DNA of 64,000 nucleotides from Mycobacteriales bacterium (lineage in GTDB: Bacteria > Actinomycetota > Actinomycetes > JAFAQI01). A model generated the notes under the pieces. That model was not told where the DNA came from and searched no databases. It saw only the letters and a list, made by a program, of their open reading frames with translations. Of this stretch, positions 40,447 to 48,511 are shown one piece after another. Position numbers and translations under genes: made by a program. The stretch covers positions 54,337 through 118,336 of the forward strand of contig DASSKP010000078.1 of assembly GCA_035690365.1 (NCBI GenBank). The letters run 5' to 3'. Within the stretch, counting starts at the first letter, position 1. Each line of letters opens with the position of its first letter.

Positions 40447-41627
40447 CAGAAGTTCTTCGGCAGCCCGAGCTTGCGGCGGGCGATGATGTTCTTCTGAACC
40501 TCTGAGGTGCCGCCGCCGATCGTGTCGAGCACGGTGTAGCGGTAGGTCGACTCGGCGCGGCCCTTCATCGGCGCGTCCTCGGTGCCGACCCGCAGCTGGC
40601 TGCCCGGCCCGGCGAGGTCCATCGACGCGTCGGCGAGCTTCTTGGAGAACTCCGTCGCGAACAGCTTGTACTCGCTCGCCTCGGCGGTGGGCGCCGCGCC
40701 GCCCTTCAACGACTTCGCCACGAACCGCAGGCCGAGCATGCGCGCGACCTCTGCTTGCGCGGCGAGCTGTGCGACGCGGCTGCGGATGATCGGGTCGTCC
40801 TTGAGCGGTTTGCCGTCGCGGGTCGCGGTCTGCAGGTGGTCGATGAGCAGGTCGAGCCGCGCCTTGATCGGCGAGAACGTGAACATCGTGAATCGCTCGA
40901 GGTCGAGCGCTTCGGAGATGTACTGGAAGCCGCGGTTGAGCTCGCCGACGACGTAGTCGTCTGACACGAAGACGTCGTCGAAGAAGACCTCGTTGGTGCG
41001 CTCGTCGCCCATCGTCCAGATCGGCTTGATGGTGAGGCCGGGGTGGTCCATCGGCACGAGGAACAGCGTGATGCCGAAGTGCTTCTTCGCCTCCGCGTCG
41101 GTGCGCGCGCCAACCCAGTACCAGTCGGCGAAGTGTGCCGATGTCGTCCAGATCTTCTGTCCGGACAGCACCCAGCCGCCTTCGACCTTGGTGGCCTTCA
41201 GGCTCATCGCGGCGGCGTCGCTGCCGGCGTTGGGCTCGCTGTAGCCGACGGCGAACTCGACCTCGGCGTTGAGGATCTTCGGCAAGAACTCCTGCTTCAG
41301 CTTGTCGCTGCCGTGCCGGAGGATCGTCTTGCCGATGATGCCGACGCCCTTGCCGATCTGCGGCGCTCCGCGACGGGCCAGCGCTTCGTTGAGGAGGTAC
41401 TCGTAGACGCCGTCGCTGTTCTTGCCGCCCCACTCCTCGGGCCAGGTGATGCCGAGCCAGCCGTGGTCGGCCATCTTCTTCATGAAGGCGCGGCGCTCGG
41501 GGGTGTCGACGATCTGCGCCATGTTCTCCCGGGTCGGGTCCGCGATGTCGGGAGTGGCGTGCTCGTCGAGGAACGCCTCTACCTCGGCGAGAAAAGCCTG
41601 CTGCTCGGGCGTGAAGTCGAAGTCCAC
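40446..41627 (-). CDS. Acyl-CoA dehydrogenase
   Basis: The 393-aa protein starts MDFDFTPEQQAFLAEV. Its stop overlaps the CoA-transferase start. Confidence 0.85.
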   Translation of the reverse strand: MDFDFTPEQQAFLAEVEAFLDEHATPDIADPTRENMAQIVDTPERRAFMKKMADHGWLGITWPEEWGGKNSDGVYEYLLNEALARRGAPQIGKGVGIIGKTILRHGSDKLKQEFLPKILNAEVEFAVGYSEPNAGSDAAAMSLKATKVEGGWVLSGQKIWTTSAHFADWYWVGARTDAEAKKHFGITLFLVPMDHPGLTIKPIWTMGDERTNEVFFDDVFVSDDYVVGELNRGFQYISEALDLERFTMFTFSPIKARLDLLIDHLQTATRDGKPLKDDPIIRSRVAQLAAQAEVARMLGLRFVAKSLKGGAAPTAEASEYKLFATEFSKKLADASMDLAGPGSQLRVGTEDAPMKGRAESTYRYTVLDTIGGGTSEVQKNIIARRKLGLPKNF

Positions 41628-41687
41628 TCTGCTCCTCGGGACTCACGGGGACCCAACCCCGCTCGGTCCCGGTCACTCTACGCGGTT

Positions 41688-41704
41688 TCTGACGGGTCGT
41701 CAGA
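41688..41704. promoter_or_regulatory. 17-bp palindrome TCTGACGGGTCGTCAGA (candidate operator)
   Basis: This is a perfect inverted repeat in the divergent ACAD/ACAD intergenic region, 38 nt upstream of ATG 41742. Confidence 0.4.
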
Positions 41705-41741
41705 TTTGGGTCGGGCCACGGCCGTTACGCTCGGCGACGCC

Positions 41742-42806
41742 ATGGACTTCACGTTTTCGCCGGAGCAGCGGGAGCTGCGCGAGGCGGTGCGCGCGCTGGC
41801 CGCCGACCGCTCGCCTTCCGCTCAGGTCCGGACGGCCATGGAGTCCGAGGCGCCGTACGACGCCGCGCTCTGGCGCGTGCTCGGTCAGGAGATGGGGCTG
41901 CTCGGCCTCGGGGTCGACGAGTCCCTGGGCGGAGCCGGCGGAGGCTTCGTCGACGCCGCGGTGGTCGTCGATGAGTCCGGCCGGGCGCTGATACCGGCGC
42001 CGGTGCTGCCGACGCTTGTGGCCGGCCAGGTGCTGGCGCGGGCAGGGAGGCCCGCTGCCGAGGCACTGTCCGGCGTGGTCTCAGGTGAGCAGGTGGCGAC
42101 CGTGGGCATGGCCGGCACCGGCCTGTCCGGTGGCGGCATCGGCTTCGGCGGCGACGCGGGCCTGAGCGGAGTCGTGCCCCACGTCGTGGACGGTGCGGCG
42201 GCGTCGTACATCGTGCTCGCGGGACGCGACGGGTTGTGGCTGGTGCGGCCCGGCGACCGCGGCGTCACGGTGTCGGCGCAGCAGCCGCTCGACCCGACGC
42301 GACGGCAGGCCGTCGTGCGACTGGACAAGGCGCCGGCGGTGGCGCTGGGCGACAGCGCAGCGGCCGATCGCGCGGTCGACGTGCTTCGCGTCGCCTACGC
42401 CGTGGAGTCCGTCGGCATCGCGCGTCGCTGTCTGGAGATGACGGTCGACTACCTCAAGACGAGGGAGCAGTTCGGCCGCGTGATCGGCTCGTTCCAGGCG
42501 CTGCAACATCGGGTTGCGGACATCGCCGTGCAGGTCGAGGCGGCCATGTCGACGGCGTACTACGCGGCCTGGACCGTGGAGGCGTCGCCGGAGGAGCTAC
42601 CGGTCGTCGCGCCACTCGCTCTCGCCGTCTGTGCGGATGCCGCGTGGTATGCGGCTGCCGAGTCGATCCAGCTCCACGGCGGCATCGGCTTCACGTGGGA
42701 GCACGACGCACACCTCTACTTCAAGCGGGCGACCACGACGCGTCTGCTGTTCGGCGATGCGCAGGAGCAGCGCCGCCTCGTGGCAGCACGAGCGCGCCTC
42801 CTGTAG
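41742..42806 (+). CDS. Acyl-CoA dehydrogenase family protein
   Basis: The in-frame ATG (MDFTFSPEQRELREAV) lies inside the longer track ORF. The 354-aa size resembles the shorter, non-catalytic subunit of a heteromeric ACAD. Confidence 0.8.
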   Translation: MDFTFSPEQRELREAVRALAADRSPSAQVRTAMESEAPYDAALWRVLGQEMGLLGLGVDESLGGAGGGFVDAAVVVDESGRALIPAPVLPTLVAGQVLARAGRPAAEALSGVVSGEQVATVGMAGTGLSGGGIGFGGDAGLSGVVPHVVDGAAASYIVLAGRDGLWLVRPGDRGVTVSAQQPLDPTRRQAVVRLDKAPAVALGDSAAADRAVDVLRVAYAVESVGIARRCLEMTVDYLKTREQFGRVIGSFQALQHRVADIAVQVEAAMSTAYYAAWTVEASPEELPVVAPLALAVCADAAWYAAAESIQLHGGIGFTWEHDAHLYFKRATTTRLLFGDAQEQRRLVAARARLL

Positions 42807-42807
42807 G

Positions 42808-43473
42808 TCAGAAGCCGAGCTCGCCCTCGGTCAGCGCCGTCAGCACGTCGTTGAACATGCGCTGCTTGATGACGGCGAGTGTCGCGCTGTCCTTGCCGGC
42901 GAGCCCGCGAACCCGCTCGACGGCGCGGGGTACGACCTCGTCCTCGGCCACGGCCTCGTCCACGAGCCCGGCGGCCAGCGCGTCGTTGCCGCCGTAGCGC
43001 CGACCGGTCGTCATGGCCTCGATCGCTGTCGACGGCGTCAGCTTGCAGCGGATCAGCGCGTCCATCCCCGGCGTGAACGGAATGTGGATGTCGACCTCGG
43101 GCAGGCAGAAGTAGCCCCGGTCCGCGCGCATGACCCGCCAGTCGTGCGCCAGCGCGAGCATCGCTCCTGCGGCGAACACATGGCCCTGGATCGCGGCGAC
43201 CGTCGGGGCCGGGAACGCCAGGATGCGCGCGAACAGACCGTGCACCCGCCGGACGTACGGCGCCAAACCGCCCGGATCCTGCCCGAGCCGGTCCAGGTCG
43301 AGGCCGTTCGAGAAGAACTTCCCAGTGGCCGTCGTCACCAGCGCTCTCGGCTGTGTCGCTTCTACCTCGCCGAGCAGTCTCTCGACGTCATCGAGCCATT
43401 CCGGCGTGAACCGGTTCTCGTCGCTGCCCAGATCGAGAAGGAAGACGTCACTGTCGCGGGAGAGGCTTGGCAC
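42808..43473 (-). CDS. Enoyl-CoA hydratase/isomerase family protein
   Basis: The 221-aa protein has a crotonase fold (AAIQGHVFAAGAMLALAHD). Confidence 0.8.
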   Translation of the reverse strand: MPSLSRDSDVFLLDLGSDENRFTPEWLDDVERLLGEVEATQPRALVTTATGKFFSNGLDLDRLGQDPGGLAPYVRRVHGLFARILAFPAPTVAAIQGHVFAAGAMLALAHDWRVMRADRGYFCLPEVDIHIPFTPGMDALIRCKLTPSTAIEAMTTGRRYGGNDALAAGLVDEAVAEDEVVPRAVERVRGLAGKDSATLAVIKQRMFNDVLTALTEGELGF

Positions 43474-43502
43474 GCGCCGACTCTAGGGCGCACACTCCGT
43501 CC

Positions 43503-43736
43503 ATGAGCGTCTCGCCTCTTCCCGCCCACGGCGGCGTTCACGTCGACGCGCGCGGCGACGGCCGGGCACTACGCGTCTCGGCCCACCCTGAGCTCGGCGT
43601 CGTCACGATCAGCATCTGGCGGGACAACCGCTGCGTCGCCACCCATCAGGTGCCGACGGCGGAGATGCCCGGCTTCATCGGGCTGTTGACCGAGGCGTTG
43701 CTCGATCGCTCCGTGCGGGCGTCCGCGGCCATCTAG
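43503..43736 (+). CDS. Hypothetical small protein
   Basis: It is an in-frame ATG within track ORF 43467..43736. It is not recognised. Confidence 0.3.
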   Translation: MSVSPLPAHGGVHVDARGDGRALRVSAHPELGVVTISIWRDNRCVATHQVPTAEMPGFIGLLTEALLDRSVRASAAI

Positions 43737-43789
43737 GTCAGACTGACGCCGAACCCGTCGATCACGATCGAGTCCTTACTCTTGGCCGG

Positions 43790-44731
43790 GTGTTTCGCCG
43801 CCGGGAGCATCGTCGCGCCGGGCGGGTGGTCCTTCTCTCGACCGACGGGCGGGTGCTGCTCTTCCGCGGCGGCGACCCGGCCCGGCCTGAAGCCGGCACC
43901 TGGTGGGTGACCCCCGGTGGCGGCACCGACCCAGGCGAGAGCACAGTCGAAGCGGCGCGGCGGGAGCTGTTCGAGGAGGCCGGCCTCGACGTGCCGACCG
44001 AGTCTCTCGGCGAAGTGAGATGGCGGCGTCGTATCCGCTTCGAGTTCGGCGGCGGGCGCTACCGGCAGGACGAGGATTACTACCTGCTCTACGGCCCGAG
44101 CTTCGAGGTCGACACGTCACGCTGGTCACCGCTGGAGCGCGAGTCGTTCGTCGAGTCGCGATGGTGGCCCATCGATGAGCTGCGCACGACCAAGGAGCGC
44201 ATCTACCCGCGACAGCTTGCGGACCTTGCGGAAGGCAAGCCGGTCAGGGATCGAAGGCAAGGGCTCGGTGGCATCGCGACCCGGCTTCTCGCCGCCTGGT
44301 CTCTGGTGGTCTTCCTCAACGGGGTCGGCGTGTTCGTGGAGCGCTCGATCGAGGCGCATGTGCTCTCCAACCCCGATCCGCACGCGTGGACCAACCCTTA
44401 TCCCTTCGGGCTCAACATGGGGTTGTTCCTGCTCTGGATCCTGGCCCTGCAGATCGCTGTCGCCGGTCTCGTCCTCGGTCTGGTTGACATCGCCAGGCGC
44501 ACTGTCGGCCGGATCTGGCGCGCGGTCGCTCTCCTCGTCGTCGTGGTCGGTGGCGCGGTCGCCGAGCTGGCTGTTGCCGGCGCTGCCAGCAACTCCGAGC
44601 CGCCGCCCGGCATCTTCTTGCACAGCAGCTGGTTGCACGATGGTCGCCTCAACGGGGTGGTGACGGCGCTGCTGGCGGTGACGGTTGCTGGCTGCTCCGC
44701 GTGGTTGCTCGGCTACTTCCAGCGGAAGTGA
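43790..44731 (+). CDS. NUDIX hydrolase fused to C-terminal multi-pass membrane domain
   Basis: The Nudix box is GGGTDPGESTVEAARRELFEEAGL. The C-terminal 130 aa are hydrophobic, with at least 3 TMs. It has a GTG start. Confidence 0.7.
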   Translation: MFRRREHRRAGRVVLLSTDGRVLLFRGGDPARPEAGTWWVTPGGGTDPGESTVEAARRELFEEAGLDVPTESLGEVRWRRRIRFEFGGGRYRQDEDYYLLYGPSFEVDTSRWSPLERESFVESRWWPIDELRTTKERIYPRQLADLAEGKPVRDRRQGLGGIATRLLAAWSLVVFLNGVGVFVERSIEAHVLSNPDPHAWTNPYPFGLNMGLFLLWILALQIAVAGLVLGLVDIARRTVGRIWRAVALLVVVVGGAVAELAVAGAASNSEPPPGIFLHSSWLHDGRLNGVVTALLAVTVAGCSAWLLGYFQRK

Positions 44732-44967
44732 ACGAAGACCCGGCCGAAGTTGTCCGAGTCCTTCTCCACCCGGTGGTACAGCGCCTTGACGTCCTTCTGC
44801 TCGAGAAACCTCAGGACGTGCTTCTTCAGCTGGCCTGATCCCTTGCCCGGGATGATCTCGACGAGCGGCGCCTTCTTCGCCACGGCCTCGTCGATGATGC
44901 GGCGCAGCGCGCGGTCGATCTCCTCGCCGCGGTTGTAGACGTCGTGGAGGTCGAGCTTGAGCTTCAT
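44713..44967 (-). CDS. Stand-alone Smr-domain protein
   Basis: The 84-aa protein is Lys-rich. Its Smr-like core is LDLHDVYNRGEEIDRALRRIIDEAVAKKAPLVEIIPGKGSG. Its 3' end overlaps the NUDIX 3' end by 19 nt. Confidence 0.7.
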   Translation of the reverse strand: MKLKLDLHDVYNRGEEIDRALRRIIDEAVAKKAPLVEIIPGKGSGQLKKHVLRFLEQKDVKALYHRVEKDSDNFGRVFVHFRWK

Positions 44968-44970
44968 GCG

Positions 44971-45375
44971 CTAGTCGGGCAGCGCTGCGGTGATGTCGAC
45001 CTCGACGAGCTGGCCGGGATAGCCGAGCTGTGCGACACCGAGCAGTGTGCTGGCCGTGCTCAGAGCTGCACCGATCTCAGACCGCGACAAGGCGGTCCAC
45101 ACGAGAGCCAGGTCGGCACGCTCGGTCGACGCGACGTAGATGACAGCGCGTACGACGTCCTCGGGGCTGGCGCCGATGTGCTCGAGGGCGACCGCGATGT
45201 TGTGCGCGACCTGGTTGACCTGCGCGACGAGATCGTCGGGTGCCACGACCATGCCGTCTTCATCGAGCGGGCTCTGTCCGGACAGGTGCGCGTAGCGCTG
45301 CGCCGTCGAGATCGTGACGTGGTGGTAGCCCGGCGTCGGGTGCAGGCCTGGGGGGTTGATCCGCTCGATGGTCAC
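44971..45375 (-). CDS. RidA/YjgF family protein
   Basis: The GTG start overlaps the TetR stop. It has RidA motifs (VNQVAHNIAVALE, AALSTAST). Confidence 0.8.
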   Translation of the reverse strand: MTIERINPPGLHPTPGYHHVTISTAQRYAHLSGQSPLDEDGMVVAPDDLVAQVNQVAHNIAVALEHIGASPEDVVRAVIYVASTERADLALVWTALSRSEIGAALSTASTLLGVAQLGYPGQLVEVDITAALPD

Positions 45376-46025
45376 CGGCGGGGAACCTTCGGCCCGGTCA
45401 CACCCCAGTAGACGAGCCGGATCATGGCTTCGCGAACATCGCCGAACTTGATGTCCCACGCCTCGAAGCCGCTCTGGTGTCCCGCGATCTGCGCGAGCAG
45501 GCCGATGAGCACACCTGCGGTCGCCATCGGGTCGACGTCGTCGTCCGGGTTGAGCTGGCGGATCTCCTCGGCGAGGGCCTTGGTCATGGCGTTGAGCATC
45601 ACCACGCGCAGGTGCCGGAACCGCCGGTCGCCCTCGGTCGAGAGCAGGTCGACGACGCGAAGCGTCGGCCGGTGGGTCCGCCAGAACTCGAGGAACCCGT
45701 CGACCAGCTCCTCCGCACTGTGTACGCCGCCCGCGCCTTTCCAGGTGCGGTTGGAGATCAGCGCGACGAGCTCGCGACCTTCCTCGGCCGTCTGTTCGGC
45801 GACCGCGAGAAGGACCGCCTCGAGATCGACGAAGTATTGGTAGAAGGTCGCCGGGGAGGTGCCGGCTGCACGGGTGATGTCCGTGATCTTCAGATCGCGG
45901 TACGGCGTCTTCGCGAGCAGCGCGATCGTGCAGTCGAGCAGCTTCTGGCGGGTGGCCAGACCACGTCGACCGGGTACGCGGCCGTCGACCGCCCGCAAAG
46001 GTGACACTGCGTCAGACATGGACAC
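45372..46025 (-). CDS. TetR-family transcriptional regulator
   Basis: The N-terminal HTH is TIALLAKTPYRDLKITDITRAAGTSPATFYQYF. Confidence 0.85.
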   Translation of the reverse strand: MSMSDAVSPLRAVDGRVPGRRGLATRQKLLDCTIALLAKTPYRDLKITDITRAAGTSPATFYQYFVDLEAVLLAVAEQTAEEGRELVALISNRTWKGAGGVHSAEELVDGFLEFWRTHRPTLRVVDLLSTEGDRRFRHLRVVMLNAMTKALAEEIRQLNPDDDVDPMATAGVLIGLLAQIAGHQSGFEAWDIKFGDVREAMIRLVYWGVTGPKVPRR

Positions 46026-46034
46026 GACCCGAGC

Positions 46035-46793
46035 CTAACCGTTGGAAGTGGACGAAGCCGTGAGGAACGTCGGTGGCTCGCCGCCCCCGTGGATGGCGAG
46101 GTCGGCGCCGGTGACGAACGCCGCCTCGGGCGACGCGAGGAACAGGCAGGCGGCCGCGACGTCCGACGGCTGCACCATCCGTCCCATGGGCACCGCGGCT
46201 CCCACAGCCGCGACACCGGCTGCGTCGCCGTAGTGCAGCTCCGCCTGCTCGGTCTCGAGGTAGCCGACGGTGACGAGGTTGACCCGCACCTTCGGCGCCC
46301 ACTCCATCGCCAGCGACTGGGTCAGGTTGGCGAGTCCCGCCTTCGCGGCGCCGTACGCCGCTGTGCCGGGGGAGGGACGCGTGCCGGAGAGGCTGCCGAT
46401 GTTGATGATGACGCCGCCGTCGTCCTGCTTCTGCATGACGGCGTTGGCGCGCTGGGCGACGTAGAACGGCGCGAGCAGGTTGAGCGCGACGATCTTCTCG
46501 ACGAAGCGTGGCGATGCCTGCGCCGCTTCGGCCGGCGGTGAGCCGCCCGCGTTGTTGACCACCACGTCGAGCCGGCCGAACCGGTCGACCGCGGCGTCGA
46601 CGACGCCGGCGGCCTGTCCGGGGTCGCGCAGGTCGGCGGCGACGAACTCGCCGGCGACCGGGCCGGCCGGCGCGTTGCGCGCGCACACCAGCACCTGGGC
46701 GCCGGCTGCGGCGAAAGCCTCCGCGATGCCGCGGCCGAGGCCTTTGGTGCCGCCGGTGACGAGCACGGCGCGACCGGTGAGGGCATGTGTCAC
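46035..46793 (-). CDS. SDR-family oxidoreductase
   Basis: The Rossmann motif is VLVTGGTKGLGRGIA. The catalytic motif is YGAAKAG. Confidence 0.85.
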   Translation of the reverse strand: MTHALTGRAVLVTGGTKGLGRGIAEAFAAAGAQVLVCARNAPAGPVAGEFVAADLRDPGQAAGVVDAAVDRFGRLDVVVNNAGGSPPAEAAQASPRFVEKIVALNLLAPFYVAQRANAVMQKQDDGGVIINIGSLSGTRPSPGTAAYGAAKAGLANLTQSLAMEWAPKVRVNLVTVGYLETEQAELHYGDAAGVAAVGAAVPMGRMVQPSDVAAACLFLASPEAAFVTGADLAIHGGGEPPTFLTASSTSNG

Positions 46794-46814
46794 CCGTATA
46801 TGGTGACACCCGAA

Positions 46815-46831
46815 TCTGACGTCGTGTCAGA
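46815..46831. promoter_or_regulatory. 17-bp palindrome TCTGACGTCGTGTCAGA (candidate operator)
   Basis: It lies in the divergent SDR / echA20-like intergenic region, 41 nt upstream of the TTG start at 46872. Confidence 0.4.
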
Positions 46832-46871
46832 AAGCCTGCGGTCGCGGCAGCGGAGCGAGGGAAATTCAGCC

Positions 46872-47642
46872 TTGGGCATCAGCAGCAGCGTCAGCGAGCA
46901 CGTCGCCGAGGTCGTCGTCGACGTGCCGCCGGTCAACGCCCTGCCCGTCGCAGGCTGGTTCGAGCTCGCCGACGTGATCACGCGTGCGGGTGCCGATCCC
47001 GACGTCCGGGCAGTGGTCCTGGCGGCCGAGGGCAAGGGTTTCAACGCCGGGGTCGACATCAAGGAGATGCAGTCGACCGACGGCTTCACGGCGCTCGTCG
47101 GAGCCAACCGAGGCTGCTACGCGGCGTTCGCCGCGGTCTACGAGTGCCCGGTGCCGGTGATCGCCGCGGTGCACGGTTTCTGCCTCGGCGGCGGCATCGG
47201 GCTCGCCGGCAACGCCGACATCATCATCGCGTCGGACGACGCGACTTTCGGCCTGCCCGAGGTTAAGCAGGGCGCGCTCGGCGCCGCGACGCACCTGTCG
47301 CGGCTCGTGCCCCAGCACCGGATGCGACACATGGTCTACACCGCCGAGCGCGCGACAGCGCAAGAGCTGGCGTCGTACGGCAGCGTGCTGAAGGTCGTCC
47401 CGCGCGACGAGCTTCGGGCGGCGGCGCGCGAGGTCGCGCTGCAGATCGCCTCGGTCGACCCGGTCGTCATGCGGGCGGCGAAGGAGTCGCTCAACGGCAT
47501 CGACCCGGTCGACGTCCGGCGCTCCTACCGCTTCGAGCAGGGATTCACCTTCGAGCTCAACCTCACCGGTGCGAGCGACAAGGCGCGCGATGCGTTCGTC
47601 GACAAGCGCGAGCAGTGGGCCAAGGACGAGGGCAAGGGCTAG
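46872..47642 (+). CDS. Enoyl-CoA hydratase (EchA20-like)
   Basis: It has a crotonase fold, and from memory its sequence closely matches mycobacterial EchA20 (AEGKGFNAGVDIKEMQSTDGFTAL...GLPEVKQGALGAATHLSRLVPQH). The TTG start follows GAGGGA. Confidence 0.8.
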   Translation: MGISSSVSEHVAEVVVDVPPVNALPVAGWFELADVITRAGADPDVRAVVLAAEGKGFNAGVDIKEMQSTDGFTALVGANRGCYAAFAAVYECPVPVIAAVHGFCLGGGIGLAGNADIIIASDDATFGLPEVKQGALGAATHLSRLVPQHRMRHMVYTAERATAQELASYGSVLKVVPRDELRAAAREVALQIASVDPVVMRAAKESLNGIDPVDVRRSYRFEQGFTFELNLTGASDKARDAFVDKREQWAKDEGKG

Positions 47643-47644
47643 CG

Positions 47645-48511
47645 GTGCCGGACAAGAGAACGACGATCGACGAGGTCGTCGGCGAGCTGCGCGACGGCAT
47701 GACCATCGGCATCGGCGGCTGGGGGTCGCGGCGCAAGCCGATGGCACTGATCCGCGCGCTCTGCCGGTCGTCGGTCAAGGACCTGACGGTCGTCTCCTAC
47801 GGCGGACCCGACGTCGGGCTCCTCTGCGCGACCGGCAAGGTGCGCAAGGTCGTTTTCGCGTTCGTGTCGCTCGACTCGATCGCCCTCGAGCCGCACTTCC
47901 GCACCGCGATGCAGACCGGCGCCGTCGAGACGCTTCAGCTCGACGAAGGAATGTTCCTGCTCGGCCTGCAGGCCGCAGCGTGGCGCGTGCCGTTCCTGCC
48001 GACGCGTGTCGGGCTCGGCTCGGACGTGGTCGAGCGGCAACGCGACGAGATCCGCACCGTCGTGTCGCCGTACGACGACCCGGAGACGGGCGAGGCCGAA
48101 GAGCTCGTCGCCATGCCGGCGCTGCGGCTGGACGTCGCGCTCGTCCACCAGAACCGCGCCGATGCCGGCGGCAACGCGCAGTTCCTCGGCCCGGACCTCT
48201 ATTTCGACGACCTGATGTGCCAGGCGGCGAAGCGCTCGTTCGTCACGTGCGAGCGAATCGTCGACACCGACGACCTGCTCAAGGAAGGCTCACACCACAC
48301 GTTGCGGATCAGCCGGCTGTGGACCGACGGCGTCGTCGAGACGCCCAACGGCGCGCACTTCACCTCGTGCGTTCCCGACTACGAGCGCGACGAGGCCTTC
48401 CAGAAGGAGTACGCCGCCAGCGCGAAGTCGCCGGAGGCCTGGCAGGAGTGGCGCACGGCCTGGCTCGACCTCGACGAGGACGGCTACCAGCGGAAGTTGG
48501 CGTCGCGATGA
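47645..48511 (+). CDS. CoA-transferase alpha subunit (IpdA-like)
   Basis: The GTG start is 3 nt after the ech stop. It has a glutaconate/3-oxoacid CoA-transferase subunit A fold. Confidence 0.8.
   Translation: MPDKRTTIDEVVGELRDGMTIGIGGWGSRRKPMALIRALCRSSVKDLTVVSYGGPDVGLLCATGKVRKVVFAFVSLDSIALEPHFRTAMQTGAVETLQLDEGMFLLGLQAAAWRVPFLPTRVGLGSDVVERQRDEIRTVVSPYDDPETGEAEELVAMPALRLDVALVHQNRADAGGNAQFLGPDLYFDDLMCQAAKRSFVTCERIVDTDDLLKEGSHHTLRISRLWTDGVVETPNGAHFTSCVPDYERDEAFQKEYAASAKSPEAWQEWRTAWLDLDEDGYQRKLASR

Noticed and set aside
39283-41676. A 797-aa single ORF in the track.
   Set aside because: It is a read-through artefact. The real genes are the CoA-transferase (39283-40446) and, in another frame, ACAD 40446-41627. 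The upstream 400 codons are the ACAD read out of frame.
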